From Octopus bimaculoides (lineage: Eukaryota), in contig NC_068983.1 of assembly GCF_001194135.2 (NCBI RefSeq), positions 63,305,985 through 63,369,984 on the forward strand: a DNA stretch of 64,000 nucleotides. Reading direction: 5' to 3'. Under the pieces are notes generated by a model. That model saw only the letters and a program-made list of their open reading frames with translations, was not told where the DNA came from and did not search any database. Positions 24,237 through 38,604 of the stretch are shown here, in pieces. The position numbers were made by a program, and so were the translations under genes. Each line of letters starts with the position of its first letter. Within the stretch, counting starts at the first letter, position 1.

Positions 24237-26475
24237 CTGCATTTGTGTTTTCATAAATATTGATAAGACAAAAACCAAAGAAATTATTAAGACAAAATCA
24301 ATGGAATTAAGCTGTGGAAATATATTCTAAGGTACAAATATAAACTTAATCTTTAACTTCATATGATATGTGTGTGTATGTACATATATATGTATGAATA
24401 AATGCATATATGCATGTGTGTGCATGTATGTATATATGTATATATGAATATGTATGTGTATATATATGTATGTATTTTAATAAACAAGATATATGTGTAA
24501 AAACTAACATTTCCTTTTTCTAAGCTGAGATTCGAAACCGAATCTAAGGATTCTCACTCATCTGATCTACCACTGGCCAAACAGACGTGAAAGAAATTTC
24601 TTTGTCCTGTTAAGAAGTGATGGATGGTTTTTACCTTCGACCTGCGACTTCAGCTGTGTCATTTAAGGTTCAAGTGGACAGAAGGCAACCTACATAGGTA
24701 GGAATTTCTGCTGTGGTATGTCTGTCCTTCTAGCTGTCATGACCATTATAAATACAGTAATCTGTCAAGGAATGGGAGTGAGAGAGATAGCCAGAGGCGA
24801 GACAGCCAGCAAGTAACTTCGCCAGTTAAGCAGGCAACAAAGAACCAGATATTCAGCATGAATGACCCAACACAGAAGTAGAAGCAGAACATAAACAGAC
24901 ACCACTGAATAATCAATGCACACAGACACAAAATATGTCCGGCTCTACCTCATCATATCGACACAGTATTTACCCTGTTAATTTCTTCTTGGTCAGCTCA
25001 AAGTAAGTTGGTAATGTCATGTAGTGAGATATTTGGTGTATACAACAAGTAAATGCAAGTGCTGTTTAAATAAATTATTTAAACTACAATCCAATACTTT
25101 CCAATTGTTTTACTTAGATGTCATCCACATGCCTATTTCACCTGCTACCTCAACATCTTTTCCTACACCTTTCCTACTACATATGTAAACAATCTCATAC
25201 TTACTATGAAGGTAACTTGAAACTTAAAAGTTGAAATTAATAACAAATAAATAATGGTGAAATATTAACCAACTAATTCAAAGTAGTCATAGTCTCTCAT
25301 TTAAGTATTGGAACCTTATAAAGTGTCAATACAATACAGATTTATTGTCTTGTTTACTTGAAAACAACATCACCAACACCACCAAAAAAAAAAATAGTTA
25401 CAGGAAAGATTACATCGCATTTAGATAAATAAATTTTGAATATATTAAGGTATAGTATATTAACTTGCTTCATACACTCCATTGAATATGAATCTTTCTT
25501 TGCAGAAATACTGCATTTGTTTACACATGAAAAATTTATTCATAAATATGTTGTGTTTTATGTACTGGGTCTTAGAGTTATACCTTCTAACTGCTATGAT
25601 AGAGTACTTGCAACAACTTTATTTTGCAATCAGTTAGATGGGAGAAAAAAAAACAGAAACAATATATAAGAAAAGCAAATAACATGTAATGACAGAAGCA
25701 AAGGAAATAATAGCCATTAAGTATGTAGTTATAGATATACTATACCTATGCCTAACCAACAAACTTACAATATACTGTACTGGTTAACCCATTACCTACC
25801 AGTGATCTCATATAAGATCACTTAAAAATTACAAATTTCGTATTTACACATATCTAACCTTTTTGCTATATCTACTAGGTATATTTCTCTGATATTCAAA
25901 TAAGGTTTGCTAATTTTTCACCCAATATCTCGCTTATCTCTATTTAAGATGTTATTTTGAAATGTTATTTTGATCATTCCAGCATGTTTCTAAGACTGTT
26001 TTATGCTAGAAATCAAAGTTTCATAAAAAAATTCCAGTTAATAGAATTATGGGAGGTAATGGGTTAATAATAGCACAGTATTGTGAGTAGAACTATGAGT
26101 AAAATTATGAATCTTTGAAGTACTCTGATCAAGATATTACAATTTAAAACCATATTGATGTTCTCTGCTCCCAAGTTTGGGAAACCTGCAAGTTAGTTTC
26201 GTAGGTCATGGACAAACTACTCACATGAGTAGTTTGTTCATGAGTGGGTAGCAAGGAAATTAGGAGAAAACTTTGATAATGACAATGATATTTAGGATTG
26301 TGTATGCTATATTTTTTTACTGTTGAAGCTATCATGTACATTTATGTCAGGTCTGTGAGTAATTGAATAGGTTTTTTGCTCTGTTAGTATTTAATATCAG
26401 AATATTTAAACACCTTGTGTTTTGTCTCTGTGGCATGCATGCATTTATGCTAGAAATTTATATATACATATATAT

Positions 26476-26900
26476 ATCATAAATATACAGGGATTAGCAT
26501 TGAGTTGCTTCTCCAACATACTGAAAATTTTAGAAATAGCAGTCAAAGAACTACTGATTCTAAACTACAAATTTTTCTCTAAGCGGATGGCGATATTTAT
26601 GGCACACATAGAACAAAAAACCGGAGGGAAAAGCGTAAACAAAACAAGTCTTTAGTTAATTGGATACGAATCGTTTCATGGTTAAGCGAATGAAAATTTC
26701 ACTATTCCGTATCCAATTAACTAAAGACTTGTTCTGTTTACGCTTTTCCCTCTGGTTTTTTGTTCTATGTGTGCCATAAATATCGCCATCCGTTTAGAGA
26801 AAAATTTGTAGTTTAGAATCAGTAGTTCTTTGACTGCTATTTCTAAAATTTTCAGTATGTTGGAGAAGCAACTCAATGCTAATCCCTGTATATTTATGAT
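26476..26900. repeat. Long near-perfect inverted repeat, 193-bp arms, 39-bp spacer
   Basis: Arms 26476-26668 and 26708-26900, about 3 mismatches counted by eye. The ORF track shows near-identical peptides on both strands (26422+ and 26721-). Confidence 0.97.
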
Positions 26901-27464
26901 GATAAATGGTTTTACCGATAAAGGTTTTTTCATACTGAACTACTTGGCAAAATTGTTAATTATTAATTCTATTATTAATTGACGATTCCCTGCCCTTATT
27001 CTTGTATATTTTATATACATATATATATATGTATATTGTTTTACTTGTGAATTAACAAGGCAAGCAATGGTATCATGTAGGAGAGATCTCCACAATTATT
27101 CAAGCAAACCACTTGGGAATGTTGGTACTTGTCATATGAAATCATTGGTTCCCTTGTTGATACAAAATAAAGAATATTTATCCCACAATATGGAGTTGAA
27201 TACACATTCTCACTATTTGATACTAGCATGTGTGTGTGTGTGTGTGTGTGTGTGTATTATGTGCAAGACAGCAGAACGTAAAGGAAATAGGACATCTCAT
27301 TCTACTTGCTTTACTCTACCAAACACATAGACAACAATGCTATTCAGGTAACATGTCAGCTGTAACAGCTCATGCACATATCAAATTTTATGTGACTATT
27401 TAACACCCTACTATCATAAAAAAGAAACAAAACTGAGAATAAATATGGAAAATTAGTTACTCAC

Positions 27465-27544
27465 ATAGTGTTCTCTGAATGGAATATGAATGGGATTGAT
27501 GATGCTAGTTAGGACATCACACTTTATCACCATAGGAATATCAT
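27465..27544 (-). CDS. Candidate internal exon of unidentified host gene (80 bp, phase 1-0)
   Basis: Strong acceptor ATCTTTTCTTATAG| and donor TAT|GTGAGT. Single open frame xDIPMVIKCDVLTSIINPIHIPFREHY. Phase compatible with 24093-24236. Confidence 0.5.
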
Positions 27545-27867
27545 CTATAAGAAAAGATTATGTCAGATAATTTATACATGAACAATTAATGAGACAACAT
27601 ACTTGATTTTGAACTTTAAAACCTTAAAATATCAATGTTTTTGAATGGGATACTTAATTTCTATCACCCAGTTAATGGTTACATATCCAACTGACCAGGT
27701 CATAGAAGTGCAATGAAACTTTTTCACATTTCATAGTAGAAAGTAACATCAAGAAGTAAACAAGAAGTGAATATAACAACATTTGTATGTTCTTAAATGG
27801 CTAAAATGATTCTTCTACAATGTAACTGCTTAAGCATACATACATTATGTATAGGAGTTACAAACTT

Positions 27868-28606
27868 GTGACATAGAGGACAACTGGGAATTCTTGTGGG
27901 ACAGCTTGCTGAGTGCCACAGACCAAATCTGTGGGTGTTGCAAAGTCCCAACCAGACCTAGGGTAATGTGGTGGTGGAACAATGCAGTAGACAGGACCAT
28001 TAGAGCAAAGAAACGGGTCTGGAAGGACTGGAAGAGTTGGGGTAGCAGGGAACTGTATCAGACAGCCAGAAGGGAAGCTAGGAGACAGGTATATCTAGCC
28101 AAGGGAGAAGCAAAAAAGAAGTTTGCCTATGTCTAGCAATGAGAGGACCAGAGAACTGAAATTATTTTGGATTGCAAGACAGTGTGTGAGAGAAATGTGT
28201 CCACATGGATGATGGTGCACTTGAATTTAATGATTCTGCAAAGAAAGAAGCTTGGAAATGCCATTGTGAAAGACTTCTGAATGTGGAGGATGAATGGGAG
28301 GACAAGAGTCTACCAAACATTGACCCAATTGAGGGACCAGCTACTCAAATCGACAGTACCTTGGTAGATAAATCAATTAAGGATATGAAAACAGGGAAAG
28401 CACTCGGTCCACTCGGAATCATTGCTGAGACGCTTCAAATATCTGGTGGTGTGGGTTATGGTCTTGTCACCCATATTGTAAATCAAATGGTTTACAAAGG
28501 AGTCATACCCAATGACTAGTGTAGCAGCACCATAATCAACTGCTACAAAGGTAAAGGTTATACCTTAGATAGAAATAATTACAGAGGTATCAAATTTTTG
28601 GATCAC
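27868..28606 (+). mobile_element. RTE-clade LINE internal fragment (linker and RT start)
   Basis: WDSLLSATDQICG...WWWNNAVDRTIRAKK...KEAWKCHCERLLNVE...MKTGKALGPLGIIAETL...CYKGKG.TLDRNNYRGIKFLDH. Confidence 0.9.
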
Positions 28607-29098
28607 ATACCTTACACTTGTTCAACTTTTAAAATTATTTCTCACAGAAATTCACCAAATAAGTAGAACATATTTTACCACACCGAACAACTGAGTACAG
28701 CCTATCCTATTTGAACAAAGAAATTCTCAAAATAACTTTACCTTCTTACTAAACTTTCTTTAAAGTTCAGAGGTCTTCCCCACTACTACTTCACACATCT
28801 ATGCTAATTTGTCAAACCACATCACTTACTACTATTGCTGGTGTCACACTCTTTGCTGCTAATGATACTGCCAATTTCTACCAGGACAACTGTGTCAAAC
28901 TCCTTCATACACCAAACTAGTCAACGAGGGTAAAAGTACATGCAGGAGTGGTGTTATGAAATCCCACCATCCTGAAGAAATCAGGAAAGTAAGAAAACTG
29001 TGGAAAAAGTACAATATCACAGTGGTTCTTCAGCATGACTGACATTGTATGGCTGAAACAAATAAAAGAAATAAAAGAAAAACACACACAGACGTACA

Positions 29099-30300
29099 CA
29101 TCATCATCATCATTTAATGTCCCTTTTTCCATGATGGTATGGGTTGGATGATTTGACAAGAACAGATGAGCTAGAGGGCTCTACTAGGTTCTATGTCTGC
29201 TCTGACATACTTTCTACAGCTGGATGCTCTTTATAACACCAACCACTTAATTGAGTGCACTTGGTGCTTTTTCTATGGCACCAGCACCGGTGAGGTTGCC
29301 AAGTACCCACAAGATAGATCCTTCAACTAAGCAGGGTATAGACTGGAGGAATAAGAAACGATGATAGAAGGAGAGGAGCAGGTGTCTTTCTGAAGAGGTG
29401 AATATGTGGCTTGCCCACCTGGAAATTGAGAAAGAGAAAGAAAGCAAGAAAGAAAGAGATGTGAGGTCCAGGTACAATGTGAATATGAAACAAGAGGAAG
29501 TGGGTTGAGTGAAAACAGTGTGTCAAATGACAAGAGATAAGGAATGAGTTTGAAGCAGGGGATAACAGTTCAGTGTAGGGGAAGTGGAGAAAATAGTGTA
29601 TTGCAGGAGATTGATGGAAGAGTAGGTGTCAGGGGATGATTTCTGGAAGAAGGCTTTACAGAGCCTCAATTCTCCTGAGATGGACAGGGCTTCTTAAGCA
29701 CAGTATAATGCCATTCATCTTAGTCCCTTGTTGTGTCTGTGAGCGTCAACATCTTGAGGTCAGTCTTTACCACTTCGTCCCATGTCTACCTAGGTCTATC
29801 TCTTCTATATGTTCCTTCCACATTTGGCGATTGATAATTCTTTATACAGCTGTCCTCATTCATTTACATCACATGATCCTACCAGTGCAGTCTTCTCTCC
29901 TGTACATCACATTGAATGCCTCTTATACTTAATTTTTCTCTTTGTACATGCACACTGACATTGCACATCTATTAGAGCATACTTGCTTGATTTCTTTCAA
30001 GTCTTGCATGTCTTTTTCATTCACAGCCATATAGCATTGCTGTTCATACATAGGCATCATACAATCTGCCTTTCATTCTGAGAGAGAGGCTTCTTGTAAC
30101 CAACAGAGGTAAAATTTCTCTGAACTTTTCCCAGCCAATTAGTATTCTAGCAACCATACATTCAGAGCATCCTCCTTCACTGCTTATTAGATCACCTGAA
30201 TAACAAAAACTATCTTCTACTTCTAGAGAGCCTCCTGGGCATTTCAGAACATGATGTATATACAAGATGTATGTACCAACTTCCCTTTTATCCACTTCTA
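29099..30300 (-). mobile_element. RTE-clade LINE 3' part (RT C-terminus, purine/pyrimidine-skewed UTR, tail module)
   Basis: SLEVEDSFCYSGDLISSEGGCSECMVARILIGWEKFREILPLL...KGRLYDAYV, then TWDEVVKTDL. Tail module with (CAT)n on plus at ~29099. Confidence 0.85.
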
Positions 30301-31699
30301 AAATCATTTGGTTCTCTGGCTAACCATACAAACTAATAGTAACCATTTCAGTACCTTTTAATATGAACATTGTAGCAGTTAGAACATGTTACATCCAGCA
30401 AAAAGTATGTTAACTCGACGCATGAAAAACAATGTTAATGGTATAGTACAAGTACAAGTGCAACCATGTTGTTAAGTGCTTCACAACCATGAGGTTCTTC
30501 TTTTGATCTCACTCCACAGCACTCTGAGCATGTTTTCAACTGTAGCTTCAGGATGACTAATGCTTTGAGCTGATGGAATCTATATGTATCTATGTCTATG
30601 TTTGTATATAATGCTGCATTCAGTTATAGCTCTTAACATGGAAAGGTAAATGAGCCATTTCATAATTAGATATTGTTAAAACAAATGCTTTACTAAAATA
30701 AATACTAGAGTTGATGTGATTGGTTAAAATCCCTTGAAGATTGTTCTCCACACTTATCACAACCTAATGGCTGACACCAGTGAAAAAAAAATACAAATTT
30801 TGACATAAACTTGCAGAATTTGAATTATTAGAAATGGAGAACAAAGAATTTATTATCAGCACAACTGAATTTGCTATTATTGAAGAAGTTAAATTACAAA
30901 ATTATTATTGTAAAAAGAATATGAATACACTATATCAATAATAGGCATGTAAACATCTTTGCTACTATATATTCATCTTAATCAAAATATGTCTTATGTA
31001 GTATTAATAATTTAATAATTTTCATGATATTCAGATGAAAAGAATAATAAAAAAGATATTTGCAATTATAATGAGAAAGCAAGAAACTCTATAATGCACT
31101 CCATTAGCAAGTCTAATTTTAATGATCAGTAAATATTTTTGAAGAAAAAAATATATCAACTGATTGACACAACTAACGGCATTTCAAAATACAATAAAGT
31201 TATGTAAATTAGATGACTATTTTGATAAATTATATTACAATCTTGACATAAATCTAGTTCAAATATATTATTTGTTTCTTGAATTTCATGTTTTTTTCCA
31301 GTTGTTTGAAAATAGTATATAAAGAATGTCAGAAACCATACTTCTTAAAAAAACAGATGTAACAAAAAGTTGATGTTACACCAAAACACAGGACATGAAT
31401 TTTAAAAAGATTAGAACACAGAGGTGATATAGCCTGTGAGAAATTCAATTATCTTATTGGTAAGCATCAAACAGGCAGCAAAACAAACATTCAATTCTCC
31501 AGAGACACAAACACTTGAATGAAATTAGTAACCAATATGAAATAAAGTGGATTTTTGTCTACGAATTAATCATGTTTTATTTATTTCACAACAATGATTA
31601 TCAAGTGAAATATACATCAGAGATGCTTTCCTACACAGAAACTACAGGGGTTAAAAAGAAATATTGCAAGCTCTTCTTCTGGTGGTAACTAAAGTTATT

Positions 31700-32990
31700 A
31701 GAAACCCTTTCATATCATCAACAGATAACTGAGGGTCACAGGCATTTTGCTTCTGAGCCTGATAGCTTTGCCTCAGCAAGGCAGTGAGGACTGAACTATC
31801 TTTTGGTTGCATTTTCTTGTCAACCACAAACACCTTGAACTGGTTTCTGCTGCCATGCCTATCTTCTTGGTGGTTTTCTTCATCACTTTGCATTGCAAAC
31901 CAATCTTCTGCTGGAAATAGCATGCTAATTATGCTGGAAAGCTGTGGCAGCCAAATTTAATTGGGAATGAATCAATGTGCAATACTTTGAAAGGTACCGC
32001 ATCCAACAAGTTTTCTTTCAGTTGGTGAGAAATGTCAAGTCTCTCTTCCCACAATTGTTCTTTTTGCACTCATGAATAGCAAGAACATGTTTGATCAGAA
32101 CAACATTACTGCTCCCTCTTCTGGGAAGACAAGTCTACCCTTCAGGATCACTTGCATCCTCTAGTAGAAAATAGGTCACCAGCAATTGCTTTCACTTTAC
32201 AAGCCTTGTCACTTTCCTTAAGAATTTGATACACTTGAGTAGTGATAGCTACTGTTTATCAGCTTCAACTCTCTGCAAGTCCATCCATTTGGATTTACAA
32301 AAGGAGTTTTTATAATGTCTCCTTTTGTATCAGCCTTTTCCTGATGCTCTTGGGTATCCAGTTAAAGTGTGATTCAAGGTGCAAAGAGTAGCTCCACACT
32401 ATGGGTCTTCTGTCTTTTGTCATTTTTTAAGGTTATATGGTCTTGGTAAGAGATCAGTGATGGCACACAGAAGACACGATGATTTTCCCTGGTCAGCTTC
32501 AGAATTTCCTCCAGGACAGTGGGCACTTAAGTGTCTGGTCCCACTGTCTTTGGTGGACAAGCTCAACCACTTTTGCACAGTGATCTTCCTCAGTTCTAGC
32601 AATAGGTTTGTGACCACCCAAAAGTACTACAAATATTGAGCAACCTGTTACAATGCCCTTTTCCAGGCTCTCCCACCTGGTGGGGAAATTTCCCACAGTG
32701 AATCTACCGAGAATCTAATCTTCAGTAAATTTATATGTGACATTGATAACTTGACTGCTACTGTTGGTATTTGGTAGTATACCAGTGCACTTTAGATTAG
32801 CTAGTGGAGCACACTTGAGTAAGCTTTGGCAAGATCTAACCATACTACCGTATATTTCTATTCCACTTACCTCCTTAATGATGTGGTTGATTGCTGATGT
32901 ATGCTCCAAGCATCCAGAGTAGCTTGGAATTCCCGTTTTGGACATTTGTGTTAATGTACCCATTGGCCAGTATATATACTGATCAAATGT
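31700..32990 (-). mobile_element. HERO-like RLE non-LTR retrotransposon remnant, heavily deleted
   Basis: GIPSYSGCLEHTSAINHIIKE, WESLEKGIVTGC, QGKSSCLLCAITDLLPRPYNL, KTEDP.C...LNHTLTG, LKGRLVFPE and KKIGMAAETSSRCLWL follow the order of the HERO ORF. The YMDD region is deleted. Confidence 0.75.
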
Positions 32991-34199
32991 TCATTTAATG
33001 ACATTTAAGCATGAGTTTAGAAATGTAAGCCCATTATATATGGCATTAATGTCAATTGATTGCTAGAAAAAATGGTGAGGGCGACTCTTTTAACCAAAAC
33101 TTTAGCTATTGTAGAAATATTTAAAATACTAGCTCTTTCATATGAAATAGAATGGACGTTATTACAAATTAAAGAAAAATAAAATGAAACAAAGCCATAA
33201 CAAAGTTTGTACATATTATTTTAAAGTCACTGATTTAGTATCTTCAACTCAAACTCATGTTTTAAACAAACATTGTGCCATAGAACCACAAACACACCTC
33301 ATACACTGACATCCAGCTTACATGGTAAGCCTCACACAACCACAAAAGTATCTCTTACACTAAAAACCTTGCTCAATGCACATCACACAACTACAGACAT
33401 CTACACTAACATCATACGTAATAGATACAAACATCTTTTCTACACAGTGACACAGGAAACTTTTAACAAGTTCACACATACCAAACACCAGGGACCAGGT
33501 CACTGAACTAATGATGGAGCCACAATGTGGGTCACTTTAACTGCAAGAAATAGCAGCAAAACCACTCTAAAAAGCACATCCTATAGTCTTAAATAAGGAC
33601 AGGAGATTAAATGATATAGTCCTACACACCCATAAAAGGATAAAAATGAGCACAATGTGGATGCCTTTCACCACAGGTTTGTTTCATCACGATTGAGACT
33701 GAAGCTAAACCACAACAATAACATGGTTAGGACTCTTGAAGTAGTGGAAATTTAGCAGATAACAGATTAATGAAGTAATGTGAGTGAATAGGAGTAATGA
33801 TGAAACTGTTCATGATCATTCCAGAAGCTGTTCATGATCATTCCAGAACTGAATCAGTGATTTTGTTGAGAGAAATATAGCAAGAGGTTTCATAATGTGT
33901 ATAGTGTGGGAACCATATCTAAAGTTGTTCTTGCAATATTATTTCAAAACATGAATTAGTGAGATGGATTCAGATACCAAAGTGATGAAATAAATGTTTT
34001 TAAATACTGTCAGTTGTTTTGGCAATGCATCTAACTTGTTCCAGAACATCGTTAATTATGACAGAAATGTTACGTCAAATAAAATGTGTATTTAGGGACA
34101 ATTCATTCCAAAACCATAACCAAGTACAAAAGTTTACACTCCAAAGAGCCCTTTAAAAAATAAAATGTAAGACATGGGCCCTCAGTGCAGAGAACTTGC

Positions 34200-35110
34200 A
34201 AGAACTTGAGAGGAATGTAGCTAGTATGCTCAGATACATGTGCAACACCAGTGTGTATATAGAATGCGCAAATATGTTGGGAGAAAAATTAAACATAAGA
34301 TGAATCAGATGTAGCATGTAAGAGAGAAGACAGTAATGGTTAAGTCATGTGAAGTGTATGGATGAGAAATATTATATTAAAAAAGTGCCAACTGATTAAA
34401 ATTGATGGAACAGGTGGAAAGGTAGGGACCAGGAAGGTGTGGGATGAAGTGGTGAGGATTTATCTCAAGACGTTGAGCCTTACAGAGGAGATAACAAAAG
34501 ACTGAAATATCTGGCGATATGAGGTTCTCTAGAAGACCTGCCAAAACTGAGTTCTAGAAGTGCACACCTTATGTTGAAGCACCCCCCCCCCCCCGAACCA
34601 AACTACCTTTCATATGCACAACATTTACCTCTCCCCAGTGACACTCTTGCAGCCTACCCCATTTTGTCCTTTCTTTTTCGTATCCTCTCCTCCACAATCA
34701 ACAGTATCATTACTATCCTGCTACTCCCCACCCCACCTGCACTCTTATGCATTCTTCTCTCTTCCCCAACTCATGGCTCATCAGTCATCACTCTTTAATT
34801 TGACCTGATTTTTTACAGAGACTGCCTCTCCATCCCCTCATCTACTTCTCATAGAATCATGCAATACCCCACCTACCCACTTCCACTCACTTGGACACCT
34901 TATTTCCACTATCTTTTGGCAACTCTTATTGATCATTCACTCTCCTAGTAAATGTGAGTAACCATGTAGCTCTTCTACAAAAATTACCTCTGTACCCCAC
35001 CACCACCACCTCTCTTACTTTAACTCTTCATCCCTTAACATAAAGCTGATTCCACCCTCCCTTGGGGTTCATAGTTTTGCAAGCTGCATGGCAATCTCAG
35101 TAGCGCTGGA
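34200..35110 (+). mobile_element. Degraded RTE 3' end with C/T-rich UTR
   Basis: GGAAGGTGTGGGATGAAGTGGTGAGG (KVWDEVVR-like)...TGGCGATATGAGG, then a pyrimidine-rich tract like those at 29330-29630 (reverse) and 55270-55830. Confidence 0.6.
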
Positions 35111-36729
35111 GGTATTAATGAACAGAATGAAAAAAATAATAAATAAGAAATCCATATCATTCTATAGATCTCTTTTTCTCTCTCTCTCCCTCTCCTGAAG
35201 ATATAAAAGCTAATGGATACTGAGATAAATATTTATGAAACAAACTGGTATTATTCTACTTCATAAATAACAATAATGTGTAAAATGAAAAATACAATTA
35301 AATTTTTTAAAATAATTAATTAATCACTAATTAAATCCATGGTCAGTTTCATTCCTAGTGATATATCATTAGATTTACTTTTGGTTTGATACATATAATT
35401 AACAGCTTACATATATTTCAACACATGCATATGCACAAATGATTAACTTTAAAGAAAGAAAAATAGGCAAAGTTTGGTGAATGAAAAAATTATAAATTAG
35501 CAATTTTAAAAATTACACAATTTCTCACTTGAGTTTGGCAGGCTGTTCAGTCAAATTCAAAGATAGCAAGGTGGCAGAGGAGAAAAAAGACTGTTGATAA
35601 AAAGAGAAGTAATTTCTAAATTTCTGAGATCTATTTTTTCTACAAGAGAACAGTCTGTTACATGTATTATAGAAGAAAAAGCAGAAGTAGAAGGTTCTTT
35701 GATCATTTTTTTATGGAAATTATCTAGAGTGGATTACTGCAGCCTATTTTTCTGAACAAGTAGTGCAATGCTTTCTCACTTTCTCAGAAAATAGTTCAAA
35801 CCTGACTCAACATCTTCTAAGACAGTGTTGCATTCTCACAATTTCTAAATTCACATCAAAGACAAAAAATAATCATTCTTCAGCTCCTTTGAAATACATA
35901 TTCTTTTTGTCCTCTTTTTCAAAGTCAATGTAACATGGTACCTATTGGTTGACAAAATGATGAACTGAGGTAATGTAATATATTATTTTTTACACAAAAA
36001 ATAGCAAAAAAATTCCTTTGCTGACACCTTAGCTTATTTACTTCTATATTATAATCTCTGAGCCAAAGGACCTGTAAACATTTAGATGACCTATTTAAAA
36101 TTGTAACCAAATTTCCTCAAATTACATTCAACCATCTTAAAACAGGGTAAGAATATATTACATTAGATTATTCAGTTCAGGATACTTATAAGGTGAAGGG
36201 ATAGTCATACTGTTGACCATAAATCTTCTCAATCAGAGATGTAACTTGGAGTTAAAAAAAAAAAAGCCTTTAAACTTGCAATCTAAGGACAAATAGTCCA
36301 ATACCTTACCCATTCAACCATTTTGCAATTGTCCATAATAGAGTGGTTATCACTCTTGTATACATAGTTTAATATATTTGATATCAGGGTGCTTTCTCAT
36401 TCTACTTCAGATAAAGCTATTCAATCACATAATCTTACACATCTAATAACTTATGCTAAATATATTTTTCTGTAAGTGTTATATTCAGTCTATGCACACT
36501 ATCTATGGTTTTGTTACCAACAGAAATAGCAGATATCTCGGTAAATATCATTCTTGTTTTAACACCAACTTTTCCATGCTTGCCATAGGTCAAATGGAAT
36601 TTGTTAAGGTAGATTTTCTTAGGCTGTATGACGTTCATATCACTAACACTCACCTATTTCTAAGTATGGTAATATTTCCCCATAGCCAGACATGTGTTCA
36701 CAAAGATTGCAAATTATGGACATTGCTTG

Positions 36730-36940
36730 TATGACAGTGATGCTTCTTTATGACTTTCATGTGATATCAAGACAAGGAGACATAAACACACTCACACAGG
36801 TGCATAACCACACACATATACATACACACACATGTATACACAAATTATATTATATTGTAGAAGACACTTGTCCAAAATGCCACACAGTGGGACTGAGTCT
36901 GAAACCATGTGGTTGAGAAGCAAACATTATGATCACATAC
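36730..36940 (-). mobile_element. Degenerate SINE fragment
   Basis: GTAGAAGACACTTGTCCAAAATGCCACACAGTGGGACTGAGTCTGAAACCATGTGGTTG is the reverse complement of the SINE head/body. Confidence 0.65.
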
Positions 36941-38051
36941 CTAATTTAACCTCCATTCACATGGAAAATATACAAAATACCTAATCAAAGAAATAAAAAT
37001 ATCTTTTGGCATCTTTTGGTTTAGTAAATCAAACATTACTTTATATATTAATAACAACAGCAACAGCAACACCAACAGTGACAGCAAGCATTTGCAATTT
37101 AAATCAAAACAAATAAGATGTCTGAAATAAGTTCAAGATAACAATCATCACAGAGATTTGAAAGAGAAAAGTATACAAATCTCTACTCAAGCTAGACATG
37201 TCTTTCACAAATAAATACAATTTAATCATATGGAAATTACAATAACCTGAGGAATAGTAGAAGATTTATACTGAGATGAATAGATTTGCATTTATTTGGA
37301 TAAATATTATGAATTTTTGTATATTTTTAGGTAACATAAGGGGATAAAGAAAAGTATTAACAACTTTTCTTCCTGAAAAGTTCCCCATACTTTAGTAAAA
37401 AATTATCAAATTATTTGGCAATATAGTTCTTAAACATAAAGATACAAAGATAATATCTAAGATATCATCATTGGAAGCAGTGGCAGAACCATTATTGCTG
37501 CCCCCCCCCTCCCACCCCTACATGCATGAAGATAATCATCATCACTTCAGAGTCTTGTTTCATGCTGGCAGGATCTGAATAAGATTGTCCTACATCAACA
37601 GCAGTAGTATTGTTATCATCGATGTTGTTTTATTATCATCGTCATCATCATTGCAAAAAGTTCTATTCTAACAAGTTCATTTAATGCACAGTGTTTTCCT
37701 CATTAGCATAAAGCATATAGTATAAATGAAATGAGATATCAACAAAGTAACTTACTTAGTTTTCTATGAAGAAAGTGAGAATTTACAATACTCATTTGTC
37801 TAGCAAACTATCTGAGAAAATTAACTCTGACTCTAGCCTCTATACCTGAGAATTGATCCCTTCACTTCTTCCTCTTCAGTTTCCCTCTTTGTAAGCACTT
37901 ACCACTAACATCACACATTATTCTGTTTTCTCCAGCATGCAGGTAGGGCATTTGTCTGGAGAAAATTTGCCTCAACAAATTCTGTCCAACACATGCAAGC
38001 ATGGAAAAGCAAACATTAAAATGATGATGATGATGGTGATGATGATGATGT

Positions 38052-38086
<35 letters not shown>

Positions 38087-38531
38087 CACTAACCATTCAC
38101 CTCCCAAATCATACCTGGGCTATTATATTTCCTATATATATTTCATGACATATTCAACATTAAACCACTGACTCAGCTTTTATTTCATGAATATTAGCCT
38201 TTCATATCCAGTGAATGACAGCAAAAGTTCTTCTCCATGTTGGCACATGCAGAAGCATGTCTATGTGCATTTGCTTCAGTATGAGTGTGCATACATACAA
38301 ACACACACATACATATATATACTATTTATGATATATATATATATATATATATATGCATATAAATATGAGCTGCAGCAAAAATTTTTATCAGTGAACATGT
38401 TGCAGTTTCTAGCAATAAAAATGTTGACAGAATATTACAAATAAACGTTTAAATGAAGTTGACAGTTTGTTTTTTAATAGCTAACTTCTGTCTTCTACAC
38501 TGCAATTGCTAAATATATATCATTATACACA

Positions 38532-38600
<69 letters not shown>

Positions 38601-38604
38601 AACA

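Noticed and set aside
26669-26707. GAAACGATTCGTA on minus in the spacer of the 26.5-kb hairpin
   Set aside because: No CUGANGA box; the apparent flanking pairing is just the hairpin arms.
37756-37810. Strong minus-strand acceptor/donor pair (TTTTCTCAG ... GTAAGT)
   Set aside because: All frames contain a stop, so it is not a supportable coding exon; it could be non-coding.
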